Shown in pieces: positions 7,442-15,176 of a stretch of DNA of 15,176 nucleotides. Source of the stretch: an uncultured bacterium (lineage in GTDB: Bacteria; Caldisericota; Caldisericia; B22-G15). A program made the position numbers and the translations under genes. Under the pieces are notes generated by a model. The model saw nothing but the letters and a program-made list of their open reading frames with translations. It did no database searches and was not told where the DNA came from. The stretch's first letter is position 1. The number at the start of each line of letters is the position of its first letter. The stretch covers positions 1 to 15,176 of the forward strand of contig CBFDTJ010000035.1 of NCBI GenBank assembly GCA_965612865.1, read 5' to 3'.

Positions 7442-9788
7442 TCATTTTCTCCTCAAAGTGAAATTTAAGTTTTCCATTCTCCAGCGATAGTCTTGCAAAA
7501 AATCTCTTTCCTTTGGAGTAGAAGGATATTCTATCAGTTTTTTCTCCAGATAAAAGAATTTTTACCTCTTCCCTTGTCAGTTTATGACCGAGAATACTCT
7601 TTGATAGAGAAAAATTACAACTTTCATTCTCGCATCTATATCTTCTCTCTGTTTCAATTACCTTTCCCTTACAATTTGGACATTCACCCAGGGGTTCTCC
7701 AGGTATTACCTTATCTTCTGGAAAAGTAAGTTCCACCTTACCATTCTTTATCTCTAAATATGCAGAGAATCGTCTCCTATTCTTTGACCAGAAATCTGTA
7801 AGAAGTGGTGTCTTTTTGTTTTTCATAAGTTCTACAATCTCTTCTCTTGTTATTTTCCTTCCCATCATCTTCTTAGGAACAATAAATTTACATTTGTCCT
7901 TTCTCCAGTTTTCACAGAAGTAAGATTTCTCACCATCAATTACTCTACCACCACATATGGGGCAGGTTCCTATATCTTCATATATCTCTTCCTTTATCCT
8001 TTTACCCTCTCTCTCTTTAATTTTCTCTACCACTTCGGTTGTTAATTCTTCTATTTCAGCCATAAATTTCTCATATTCAAATTCTCTTCTCTCTATCTCT
8101 CTTAACTTTTTCTCCCATTCACCTGTAAGTTCTGGGGAGAGAAGTTCAGTAAGTGGTATCCTTTCAAGAGATTCTATAAGCTTCATTCCTTTGGGGAGTG
8201 GCTTTAATTGTTTTCCCACCCTCTCAAGATATCCTACCTCTATAAGCCTTTCTATAATTGAAGCTCTTGTTGCAGGAGTACCCAATCCTTTCTCTTTAAG
8301 CAGTTCTCTTAAGTCTTCGTCTTCGACAAGTTTTCCTGCTCCTTCCATGGCTGATAGAAGAGTTGCATCGGTATATCTTGGTGGTGGTTTTGTTTCGCCT
8401 TCTTTTACCTCTTTATCAACAATCTTTACAACATCACCTTTCCTAACAGGAACAGATGGTATGGGTTGCTCTTTATATCCATATACCTTCATCCATCCAG
8501 GAGAAATAAGAAACTTAGAGTCAGTTTTAAACTTTTCTCCATTAACATCTGTAATTATTTTTATATTAAGAAATTCTGCCTCGGGATAAAAAACTGCTAC
8601 GAATCTTTTTACCACTAAATCAAAGATGTTATTCTCTTCTTTTGATAGATTAGAAGTTAATCTTCCTGTGGGTATTATCGCAAAGTGATCAGTTACCTTT
8701 GCATCATTTAAAATCCTTTTTGTAAATTTTATTCCTACTTTTTCAATCTCTTCTATAAATTCCTTTAACTCTCTGTTAAAGCTGGATATTTTTTTAAGGG
8801 TCTTTTTTACCTCCTTCTTCATGGAAGAGGGTAGATAACGAGAATCAGTTCTTGGATAGGTTATAAGTTTATGTCTTTCATAAAGTGATTGTGCTATTTT
8901 TAATGTTCTCTGGGCAGAGTAACCAAAACGCCTATTTGCTTCTCTTTGAAGTTCTGTGAGATCAAAAAGAAGAGGTGGTAGAACTTTATTTTTCCTCTTC
9001 AACACACTCTCAACTACACCATCATTTCCCTCTATTTTTTTGAGTATTTCTTCTAAGAGTTTCCTGTCAAATATCCTTTCTTCCTTTCCTTTAAACCACT
9101 TACCTCTGTAATCAAAGGAGTTTCTATTAAAGTCCACAAATAACTCAAAGAATTTTTTAGGCTTAAAGGAGATTATCTCTTTCTCTCTCTTAACCACAAT
9201 GGCAAGTGTTGGTGTTTGAACCCTTCCAAGAGAGAAAAGGAGTCCTTCTTTTCTTGTGAAAGCCCTTGTAGCATTTATACCTATGAGCCAATCAGATTCA
9301 GCTCTTGCCCATGCTGATTGTGATAATGGTTCCAGCTCTTCACCATCTCTTAAGTTATCAAATCCCTTTTTTATCTCTTCAGGTGTTAGAGCATTGAGCC
9401 ATAATCTCTTTATTGGAAGTTTTGAACCAGATAGTGTGTATATAAATCTGAAGATAAGTTCACCTTCTCTCCCTGCGTCACAGGCATTAACAACGAACTC
9501 GAAATCTTTACTTTTTAAAAGCTTCTTTATAAATATGAATCTATCTTTTACTTCCTTTATGGGTTTTAATTTGAATTCCTCTGGAATGATGGGTAAGTCC
9601 TTTAGATTCCAGAATTTGTACCTTTTATCATAATCCTCTGGCTCAGAGAGAGTAACAAGATGGCCAAGCGCAAATGTTATGGTGAATCTCTCATTTTCAA
9701 AAACATCTCCCTTTCTTTTTGCTCCGAGGACCTTAGCAATATCTTCTGCAACAGATGGTTTCTCTGTTATAACAAGTATCTTTTTCAT
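7395..9788 (-). CDS. topB: DNA topoisomerase III (type IA)
   Basis: TOPRIM motifs EKPS and DAGREGE, GRVQTP, catalytic ITYPRTDS, and GLGTPATRA. Two C-terminal Cys4-containing repeats typical of Topo III. Confidence 0.93.
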   Translation of the reverse strand: MKKILVITEKPSVAEDIAKVLGAKRKGDVFENERFTITFALGHLVTLSEPEDYDKRYKFWNLKDLPIIPEEFKLKPIKEVKDRFIFIKKLLKSKDFEFVVNACDAGREGELIFRFIYTLSGSKLPIKRLWLNALTPEEIKKGFDNLRDGEELEPLSQSAWARAESDWLIGINATRAFTRKEGLLFSLGRVQTPTLAIVVKREKEIISFKPKKFFELFVDFNRNSFDYRGKWFKGKEERIFDRKLLEEILKKIEGNDGVVESVLKRKNKVLPPLLFDLTELQREANRRFGYSAQRTLKIAQSLYERHKLITYPRTDSRYLPSSMKKEVKKTLKKISSFNRELKEFIEEIEKVGIKFTKRILNDAKVTDHFAIIPTGRLTSNLSKEENNIFDLVVKRFVAVFYPEAEFLNIKIITDVNGEKFKTDSKFLISPGWMKVYGYKEQPIPSVPVRKGDVVKIVDKEVKEGETKPPPRYTDATLLSAMEGAGKLVEDEDLRELLKEKGLGTPATRASIIERLIEVGYLERVGKQLKPLPKGMKLIESLERIPLTELLSPELTGEWEKKLREIERREFEYEKFMAEIEELTTEVVEKIKEREGKRIKEEIYEDIGTCPICGGRVIDGEKSYFCENWRKDKCKFIVPKKMMGRKITREEIVELMKNKKTPLLTDFWSKNRRRFSAYLEIKNGKVELTFPEDKVIPGEPLGECPNCKGKVIETERRYRCENESCNFSLSKSILGHKLTREEVKILLSGEKTDRISFYSKGKRFFARLSLENGKLKFHFEEKMNGKSNSKKSRNIRRK
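7456..7973 (-). repeat. Two tandem ~80-aa C-terminal repeats (zinc ribbon plus topoisomerase C-terminal repeat) within topB
   Basis: GTCPICGGRV..YFCEN..CKF..GRKITREE..FWSK..RFSAYL and GECPNCKGKV..YRCEN..CNF..GHKLTREE..FYSK..RFFARL. Boundaries are approximate. Confidence 0.85.
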
Positions 9789-10552
9789 ATATCAAGTAGA
9801 GGCAAAAATTTCTCCTCTTCCTCCTTCAGTCTCTTATATTCCTCATCATCAACAAAGTTTACCCTCAGGGGAGATATAGATACATAACCATTTCTTATTG
9901 CCCATGTATCTGTGTTCTCATCTCCACTCCATACTGGTTTTCCCATTATCCAGTAGTATGGTTTTCCAGAGGGATCAATCCTTTTTACTGTTCTATCTAC
10001 ATATTTTACTCTTCCAATCTTTGTTATCTTTACTCCTTTTATCTCTCCCGATCCTGGAAAATTTACATTCAAGAATACACCCTTTTTGAGAGGATTCTTA
10101 AGTAGATAGAGGAGCAATTTCTTTGAGAATTTAGCAGCCATTTTTAAATTCTCACCAAACCTGAATATGGATACAGAGAAAGAAGGAACTTCATTTAGTA
10201 TTGCTTCTATACTTCCTGAAACTGTACCTGAATAAGAGATATCATCTCCAACATTTGGTAGTTCATTAATTCCAGAGATTACAAAATCCATATCCTTTAC
10301 GATAACATCTTTTGCAAGGATCACACAATCTGCTGTGGAACCATTTGTGGAGAAAGCTTTAACCCCTTTGACTCCAATATCCACTTCATTTATCCTCAGA
10401 GGTTTGTGGGTTGTTATTGAATGACCTCCTGCGCTCCTCTGCTTTTCAGGGGCAACGATATAAACTTCAAATGGAAGTTCAGCGATTGCCTTTGCCAGAA
10501 CTTTTATTCCTAAAGAATCTATCCCATCATCATTGGTTATAACTATCTTCAA
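9785..10552 (-). CDS. surE: 5'/3'-nucleotidase SurE
   Basis: N-terminal TNDDG, VAP..QRSAGGHSIT, ADCV, SGIN..PNVG.DISYSGTV, LNVNFP and GYVSISPL. TTG start with RBS AAGGAGG; ATGA overlap with topB. Confidence 0.96.
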   Translation of the reverse strand: MKIVITNDDGIDSLGIKVLAKAIAELPFEVYIVAPEKQRSAGGHSITTHKPLRINEVDIGVKGVKAFSTNGSTADCVILAKDVIVKDMDFVISGINELPNVGDDISYSGTVSGSIEAILNEVPSFSVSIFRFGENLKMAAKFSKKLLLYLLKNPLKKGVFLNVNFPGSGEIKGVKITKIGRVKYVDRTVKRIDPSGKPYYWIMGKPVWSGDENTDTWAIRNGYVSISPLRVNFVDDEEYKRLKEEEEKFLPLLDI

Positions 10553-11411
10553 TTCTTTCCTCCTTCAATAGATCTTTTAACATTATATGAAAACTGCTTT
10601 CGATAGTTCTCTTTGCATTAAAAACATATATACCACAACTTACCCTATAAAATCCAGTGTTAAGTTTAACTGGATTGAAATCCCTCCTAATTCTTCTTAA
10701 AAGGAACCCCAGATTGTCAATAATGTTTCTCTTTATATTGAGGGTAGTATCTATAAACATTAAAGAGACAAAGGGCTTAACAGCATCTATTCTTTTAATG
10801 AAATTCTCAACCTCTTCAATGGATACATTGTTTGGAGGGGAGGATTTAGTTTCAATGTAGGATAGATTTCCAAAGAGAAGAAAGAATATATCAAAGTCTC
10901 CTCCCCCAGCAATATCTTTTATCTTTACTCCGTTTACAGAAGGGATGGCAAACTCTCTTATAAGTATTTTAGAGACAAACCATTCAAGAGTATCCCCGAA
11001 ATTATCAATATGGGAAAACCTGAATATATAGCCAGTTTCTTTTAACTCAACTATTTCAAACTTAACCAAAAGTTTTAGATACTTTTCTACAGCTTCTTCA
11101 CCCCACCTCTCTTTGAGTTTTTTAATTCCCCTTTTATCTACTATTTTAAGTTTTGCAATATCTGAAATGATTCTTCTCATATAATAGCTTTTTAGATGGT
11201 TTAAATAGTCTTCTACAAATTCTCTCTTTCCTGGAAGAATTATCTTTTTTTCCTTTTTACCTATGACGCTAAACCCTTTCTGTTTCAAAATTCTGTAGAT
11301 TAACTTTTCCTCAAAGTCTGGATCAATATAAGATAGAATAAGAGATAAGTTTCTCTTTATATTGGCTATCTCAATTTTTAAATTCTTTATTTCTTCCTCA
11401 ATGTTCTTCAT
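10530..11411 (-). CDS. Uncharacterised protein: N-terminal coiled coil, possible winged-helix region, C-terminal PD-(D/E)XK nuclease fold
   Basis: FGDTLEWF, GGDFDI and YIETKSSPP give the E, D and ExK triad. I prefer the ATG at 11411 (293 aa) over the track's 11462 start, because that extension would cross the divergent promoter region. Confidence 0.7.
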   Translation of the reverse strand: MKNIEEEIKNLKIEIANIKRNLSLILSYIDPDFEEKLIYRILKQKGFSVIGKKEKKIILPGKREFVEDYLNHLKSYYMRRIISDIAKLKIVDKRGIKKLKERWGEEAVEKYLKLLVKFEIVELKETGYIFRFSHIDNFGDTLEWFVSKILIREFAIPSVNGVKIKDIAGGGDFDIFFLLFGNLSYIETKSSPPNNVSIEEVENFIKRIDAVKPFVSLMFIDTTLNIKRNIIDNLGFLLRRIRRDFNPVKLNTGFYRVSCGIYVFNAKRTIESSFHIMLKDLLKEERIEDSYNQ

Positions 11412-11419
11412 CCTAATTG

Positions 11420-11428
11420 ATTTTATCA
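11420..11428 (-). promoter_or_regulatory. Putative extended -10 promoter (TGn-TAAAAT) for the minus-strand operon
   Basis: Minus strand TGATAAAAT ends 8 nt before the ATG at 11411. No good -35 and no Shine-Dalgarno at normal spacing. Confidence 0.5.
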
Positions 11429-11437
11429 CAAGTAATC

Positions 11438-11466
11438 TTGACAGAGAGAAAATTTTAGGCAATATT
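11438..11466 (+). promoter_or_regulatory. Putative sigma70 promoter of argF-comEA-comEC
   Basis: TTGACA at 11438-11443, 17-nt spacer, then AATATT (4/6 match to the -10 consensus). Confidence 0.5.
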
Positions 11467-11498
11467 AAAAAAGAACTAAGAGAGGAAGGGGTGACAGG

Positions 11499-12425
11499 AT
11501 GAACTTAAAAGGTAGAGATGTTTTATCTCTTTATGATTTTACAAGAGAAGAGATTGAAGAATTTTTAAGAGCCACCGAGGTTTTAAAGATAAGGTCAAAG
11601 ATGGGAGAGATTATTCCTATTCTTGCAGGTAAAAAGCTGGGAATGCTTTTTGAAAAGCCATCCACAAGAACAAGAATTTCCTTTGAAGTGGCTATGTATG
11701 AACTTGGCGGTTATGCCCTTTATCTTTCTTCGAGGGATTTGCAGCTAAGAAGAGGCGAAACAATTGGTGATACAGCAAGAGTTTTATCAAGATACCTTGA
11801 TGGCATTATGGCAAGAGTATACTCACATAAGGATCTCGTGGACCTTGCTAAATTTGCAAGTATACCAGTCATAAATGGCTTATCTGATAAATTTCATCCC
11901 TGTCAAATACTGGGAGATTTATTCACCATAAAGGAGAAGAAAGGAGATTTGAAAGGTCTTAAACTTGCATATGTCGGAGATGGAAACAATATTTGTCATT
12001 CCTTAATGCTTGGCGGAGCAAAGATGGGAATGAGAGTTTTTGTTGTAAGTCCCAAGGAGTTAAGACCAGATGAGGAGATTACACAATGGGCAATGGAGGA
12101 TGCAAAGAGATACGGTGGAGAGATTGTTCTTACAGATGATCCAGTAGAAGGAGTAAGGGATGCAGACATCATATATACAGATGTCTGGGTTTCCATGGGT
12201 CAGGAAGGAGAAGAGGAGAGGAAGAAGAGCATTTTAAAGAGATATCAGGTGAACAGAGAGCTTGTGAAACACGCCAAGAAGAATTTTATATTTATGCACT
12301 GTTTACCTGCTCATAGAGGAGAGGAAGTAACTGATGAGATTATAGATGGAGAGAATTCTGTAGTCTTTGATCAGGCAGAAAACCGCCTTCATGTAGAGAA
12401 AGGGATTTTGTCTCTTGTGCTATGA
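11499..12425 (+). CDS. argF: Ornithine carbamoyltransferase
   Basis: FEKPSTRTR carbamoyl-phosphate motif, NGLSD.FHPCQ, GDGNN, YTDVWVSMG, FMHCLP and QAENRLH. Confidence 0.97.
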   Translation: MNLKGRDVLSLYDFTREEIEEFLRATEVLKIRSKMGEIIPILAGKKLGMLFEKPSTRTRISFEVAMYELGGYALYLSSRDLQLRRGETIGDTARVLSRYLDGIMARVYSHKDLVDLAKFASIPVINGLSDKFHPCQILGDLFTIKEKKGDLKGLKLAYVGDGNNICHSLMLGGAKMGMRVFVVSPKELRPDEEITQWAMEDAKRYGGEIVLTDDPVEGVRDADIIYTDVWVSMGQEGEEERKKSILKRYQVNRELVKHAKKNFIFMHCLPAHRGEEVTDEIIDGENSVVFDQAENRLHVEKGILSLVL

Positions 12426-13012
12426 TCTTTGGAAAGAAAGAGTGGATAATAGCTATAATTGTTTCCTTTGCTATAGGATTTACTCTTGGTTATCATAGCC
12501 GTTACAGGGGGATAAATACTGAAAATAAAGAAGAGATAACTATTGAAACCGAGAACAAAATATATGTGCATGTAGCAGGAGAGGTTAGAAATCCTGGAGT
12601 TTACGAAATGTCTCTGGGAGATAGAGTTTTTCATGCCATTGAAAAAGCAGGTGGTGCCACAGAGGATGCTGATCTTGATTCTATAAACCTCGCAGAAAAG
12701 TTAAAGGATGGAGAGAAGATAATTGTTTACAATAAAGAGATGCTTAATTCAAATGTTGATGTTTCAGAGAAAGCTATTTCTGAAAATCAAAAGATGTATT
12801 TTAAATCACAGAGTAATCTAATAAACATAAATACTGCATCCAGAGAGGAGCTTGAGACACTTCCGGGAATTGGAGAGGTTCTGGCTCAAAGAATTATAGA
12901 TTATAGGAGAACCAATGGCTATTTTAAGAGTATAGAAGAAATAAAAGAGGTTTCAGGGATAGGGGAGAAGAAATTTGAAGCGATAAAGGATTTGATAACT
13001 GTAGGTCCTTGA
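12422..13012 (+). CDS. comEA: Competence DNA receptor ComEA
   Basis: N-terminal TM helix, SLBB domain (VHVAGEVRNPGVY..RV..AIEKAGG) and C-terminal HhH pair (ININTASREELETLPGIG..VSGIGEK). ATGA overlap with argF. Confidence 0.95.
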   Translation: MIFGKKEWIIAIIVSFAIGFTLGYHSRYRGINTENKEEITIETENKIYVHVAGEVRNPGVYEMSLGDRVFHAIEKAGGATEDADLDSINLAEKLKDGEKIIVYNKEMLNSNVDVSEKAISENQKMYFKSQSNLININTASREELETLPGIGEVLAQRIIDYRRTNGYFKSIEEIKEVSGIGEKKFEAIKDLITVGP

Positions 13013-15176
13013 GAAAGCTTTTTCCAGTAATATTTATTTTCTTCCTTATTTCTCTCTTCTCCCTGAAGTTTCTCTTCTTGCTTCCCATTGTTTTTATACC
13101 TCTTTTCTTCGTAAGAAGGAAAGATTTCATACTCTTTTTTATTATTTTTATAACTATTGGCATAATAAGAAGTGGCTTTTTTGCATTCCCTTCATTTGAA
13201 AACCCTGAGACAGATACACTTATGGGCAAAGTGGTGTCTTTTGAAAAAAGAACTTCACTGGAGATAAAAACAGAGTATGGAAGAGTAACTGTATACAAAA
13301 ATAGAATTTATGATTTAAAACCTTTTGATGAAGTGGAAGTGAGGGGAGAGTTTATAAACGATTTTGGAGGGAATCCTGGTGAGGAGTCTTTCATACTATA
13401 TTCAATTTCTAAAAACTCAATTTTGAAATTCTATGCAAAGGATATTAGAGTAAGAAAAAGGAATGATAGTATTATCTCCAGGATAAGGAACAGAATAAAT
13501 AGCAATCTAAATTTACTTCCAGAGAAGTATTCTTTTGTTAGAGGAATATTTATGGGTGGGGGGAGTATAGAGAGGGAAATAAAAGAAAAGTTTAAATATG
13601 CTGGTGTTATGCATCTTCTTGCTGTTTCTGGACTTCATTTGTCAATACTATCCATGTTCCTCTCTTTTATATTTCCACCTATTTTGGTGGTGGTAATTTT
13701 ATTTCTCTATCTTAGTTTAATTCTGTTTCCTGTTTCTGCAGTGAGAGCTTTTATAATGATATCTGTTTACTTGATAGGAAAAAGTTTTTACAGGGATGTG
13801 GATACAGTAAACTCTTTGTTGTTTGGAGCTATGATTATATTATTTATAAATCCCTTATCAATAATATCTCCCTCTTTCTTATTAACATTTCTTGCCACCT
13901 TTTCAATAATTTCAATAATGTCAAGTGTAAGGAGTAGATTGAAGCAGTTATTACTTGTTTCACCTGTCTCTCTTTTTGGAGTCTTCCCTGTTAGTATCTA
14001 CTATTTTCCAATCTTTTCATTAATCTTCTTTATATCAAACATAGTGACTTCGCCAATCTTTACACTCTTTCTTCCAATAACTTTTGTTATTACCCTTCTT
14101 TCACTCATTGATAAAAACTTTATCTTTTTGATTGAGTTTCCTGCAGATATCTTTATTAAGGTTGTAGATTTTTTCTCAAAAACTCCCATTTCCTATATTG
14201 GAATTAAGAAACCCCACCTTTCATTTATAGTATCTTACCTTCTTCTCTTTTTAATCGTTGTGTTAAGAAAAAATTGGAACATCAGGATAAGCTTTGAAAA
14301 GGTAATTTTTGTTTTTCTTATTGTAGTGATCACTTTCTCTTTTATCTATCCATACTATGTTGAAAGAAATACCTTGAAGGTTGTATTTTTTGATGTGGGA
14401 GAGGGAGACTCTATTTTTCTGAAGCTTCCTTCTGGTAAAACCATACTTATAGATGGAGGTGGAACTTTAAACGATAGAAAGGTAAGTCCAGGAGAGAGGG
14501 TATTAGATTCTTTGAAAAGAATGGGGATAAACAGACTTGATATGATGATATTCACCCACGAGGATGCAGATCACATTGAGGGTCTATTCCATGTAATAGA
14601 TAAGGAGCTCGTTAAATCAATATACGGTCCCCATGTTTCATTAAGGGAAATTGGAAGGAGACTAATAATCATTGGGAAAGAGAAGGGAGTAAGGTTTTTT
14701 CCTCTTAAGCGTGGAGATATTTTAAATTTAGATAAGGATACAAAACTCTATGTACTAAACCCTGTTGAGGACGGAAAGAATTATGGTAGAGCCAATGATA
14801 ATAACAACTCCCTATTTCTTGTACTAAGACATAAAGAGTTTTCTCTCGTGCTGTCAGGGGATGTGGAAAAAGAAGGATTGAATGAGATTTGTGAGGTATT
14901 TCCTGAATTGATAACAAATGTTAATGTGTATAAGGTTTCGCATCACGGAAGTAGATTTTCCCTCTCAGAGGAATTTTTTAATCTTATGTCACCAGAAGTA
15001 TCTGTTGTTTCTGTTGGTCCAAATAGGTTTGGACACCCATCCCAATCAATAATTGATTCTCTGATAAAAGTAGGTTCAAAAGTTTATAGAACAGATTTAG
15101 ATGGTGCAATTGAGTTAATGGTATATGAAGAAAAAATGATAATTAGAAGATATAATTTCCTGTATATGCTTAAGAG
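13009..15176 (+). CDS. comEC: DNA uptake channel ComEC/Rec2, 3' end truncated by the window
   Basis: Manual translation from TTG at 13009 (TTGA overlap with the comEA stop) is open to the window end (>720 codons). Competence-domain motif GVMHLLAVSGLH, then metallo-beta-lactamase motifs FDVGEGDS, LIDGG, THEDADH, GDVE, KVSHHGS, NRFGHP and YRTDLDGAI. Confidence 0.95.
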   Translation, partial: MRKLFPVIFIFFLISLFSLKFLFLLPIVFIPLFFVRRKDFILFFIIFITIGIIRSGFFAFPSFENPETDTLMGKVVSFEKRTSLEIKTEYGRVTVYKNRIYDLKPFDEVEVRGEFINDFGGNPGEESFILYSISKNSILKFYAKDIRVRKRNDSIISRIRNRINSNLNLLPEKYSFVRGIFMGGGSIEREIKEKFKYAGVMHLLAVSGLHLSILSMFLSFIFPPILVVVILFLYLSLILFPVSAVRAFIMISVYLIGKSFYRDVDTVNSLLFGAMIILFINPLSIISPSFLLTFLATFSIISIMSSVRSRLKQLLLVSPVSLFGVFPVSIYYFPIFSLIFFISNIVTSPIFTLFLPITFVITLLSLIDKNFIFLIEFPADIFIKVVDFFSKTPISYIGIKKPHLSFIVSYLLLFLIVVLRKNWNIRISFEKVIFVFLIVVITFSFIYPYYVERNTLKVVFFDVGEGDSIFLKLPSGKTILIDGGGTLNDRKVSPGERVLDSLKRMGINRLDMMIFTHEDADHIEGLFHVIDKELVKSIYGPHVSLREIGRRLIIIGKEKGVRFFPLKRGDILNLDKDTKLYVLNPVEDGKNYGRANDNNNSLFLVLRHKEFSLVLSGDVEKEGLNEICEVFPELITNVNVYKVSHHGSRFSLSEEFFNLMSPEVSVVSVGPNRFGHPSQSIIDSLIKVGSKVYRTDLDGAIELMVYEEKMIIRRYNFLYMLK

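Noticed and set aside
7957..8589. 210-aa plus-strand ORF, and the other plus-strand ORFs between 5303 and 10860
   Set aside because: Ser/Phe/Leu-rich mirror translations of Lys/Glu-rich minus-strand genes such as topB, with no independent support.
11412..11462. 17-codon N-terminal extension given by the ORF track
   Set aside because: Non-ATG start without an RBS, running through both predicted divergent promoters.
12924..14917. Short minus-strand ORFs in the apparently empty right end
   Set aside because: They are antisense to the continuous comEC frame.

Overview
AT-rich bacterial chromosomal segment with Lys/Glu/Ile-rich proteins, suggesting a thermophilic anaerobe (taxon not determinable from the sequence). 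From left to right: tRNA-Pro(TGG) on the minus strand; a solitary 348-aa minus-strand gene that looks like a catalytically degenerate HhH DNA-glycosylase-fold domain fused to a PD-(D/E)XK-type nuclease; a plus-strand operon of a highly degenerate CstA-like membrane protein with ktrB and ktrA; a convergent six-gene minus-strand operon (uncharacterised PD-(D/E)XK protein, surE, topB, DUF362/ferredoxin protein, atypical SDR, small membrane protein); and a divergent plus-strand argF-comEA-comEC operon. comEC is missing from the ORF track because it runs off the window end. I found no integrase, transposase or CRISPR array. The two best novelty candidates are the glycosylase-fold/nuclease fusion (possible stand-alone modification-dependent restriction or defence enzyme) and the motif-degenerate CstA homologue overlapping ktrB. 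All family assignments come from manual motif recognition, not database searches.
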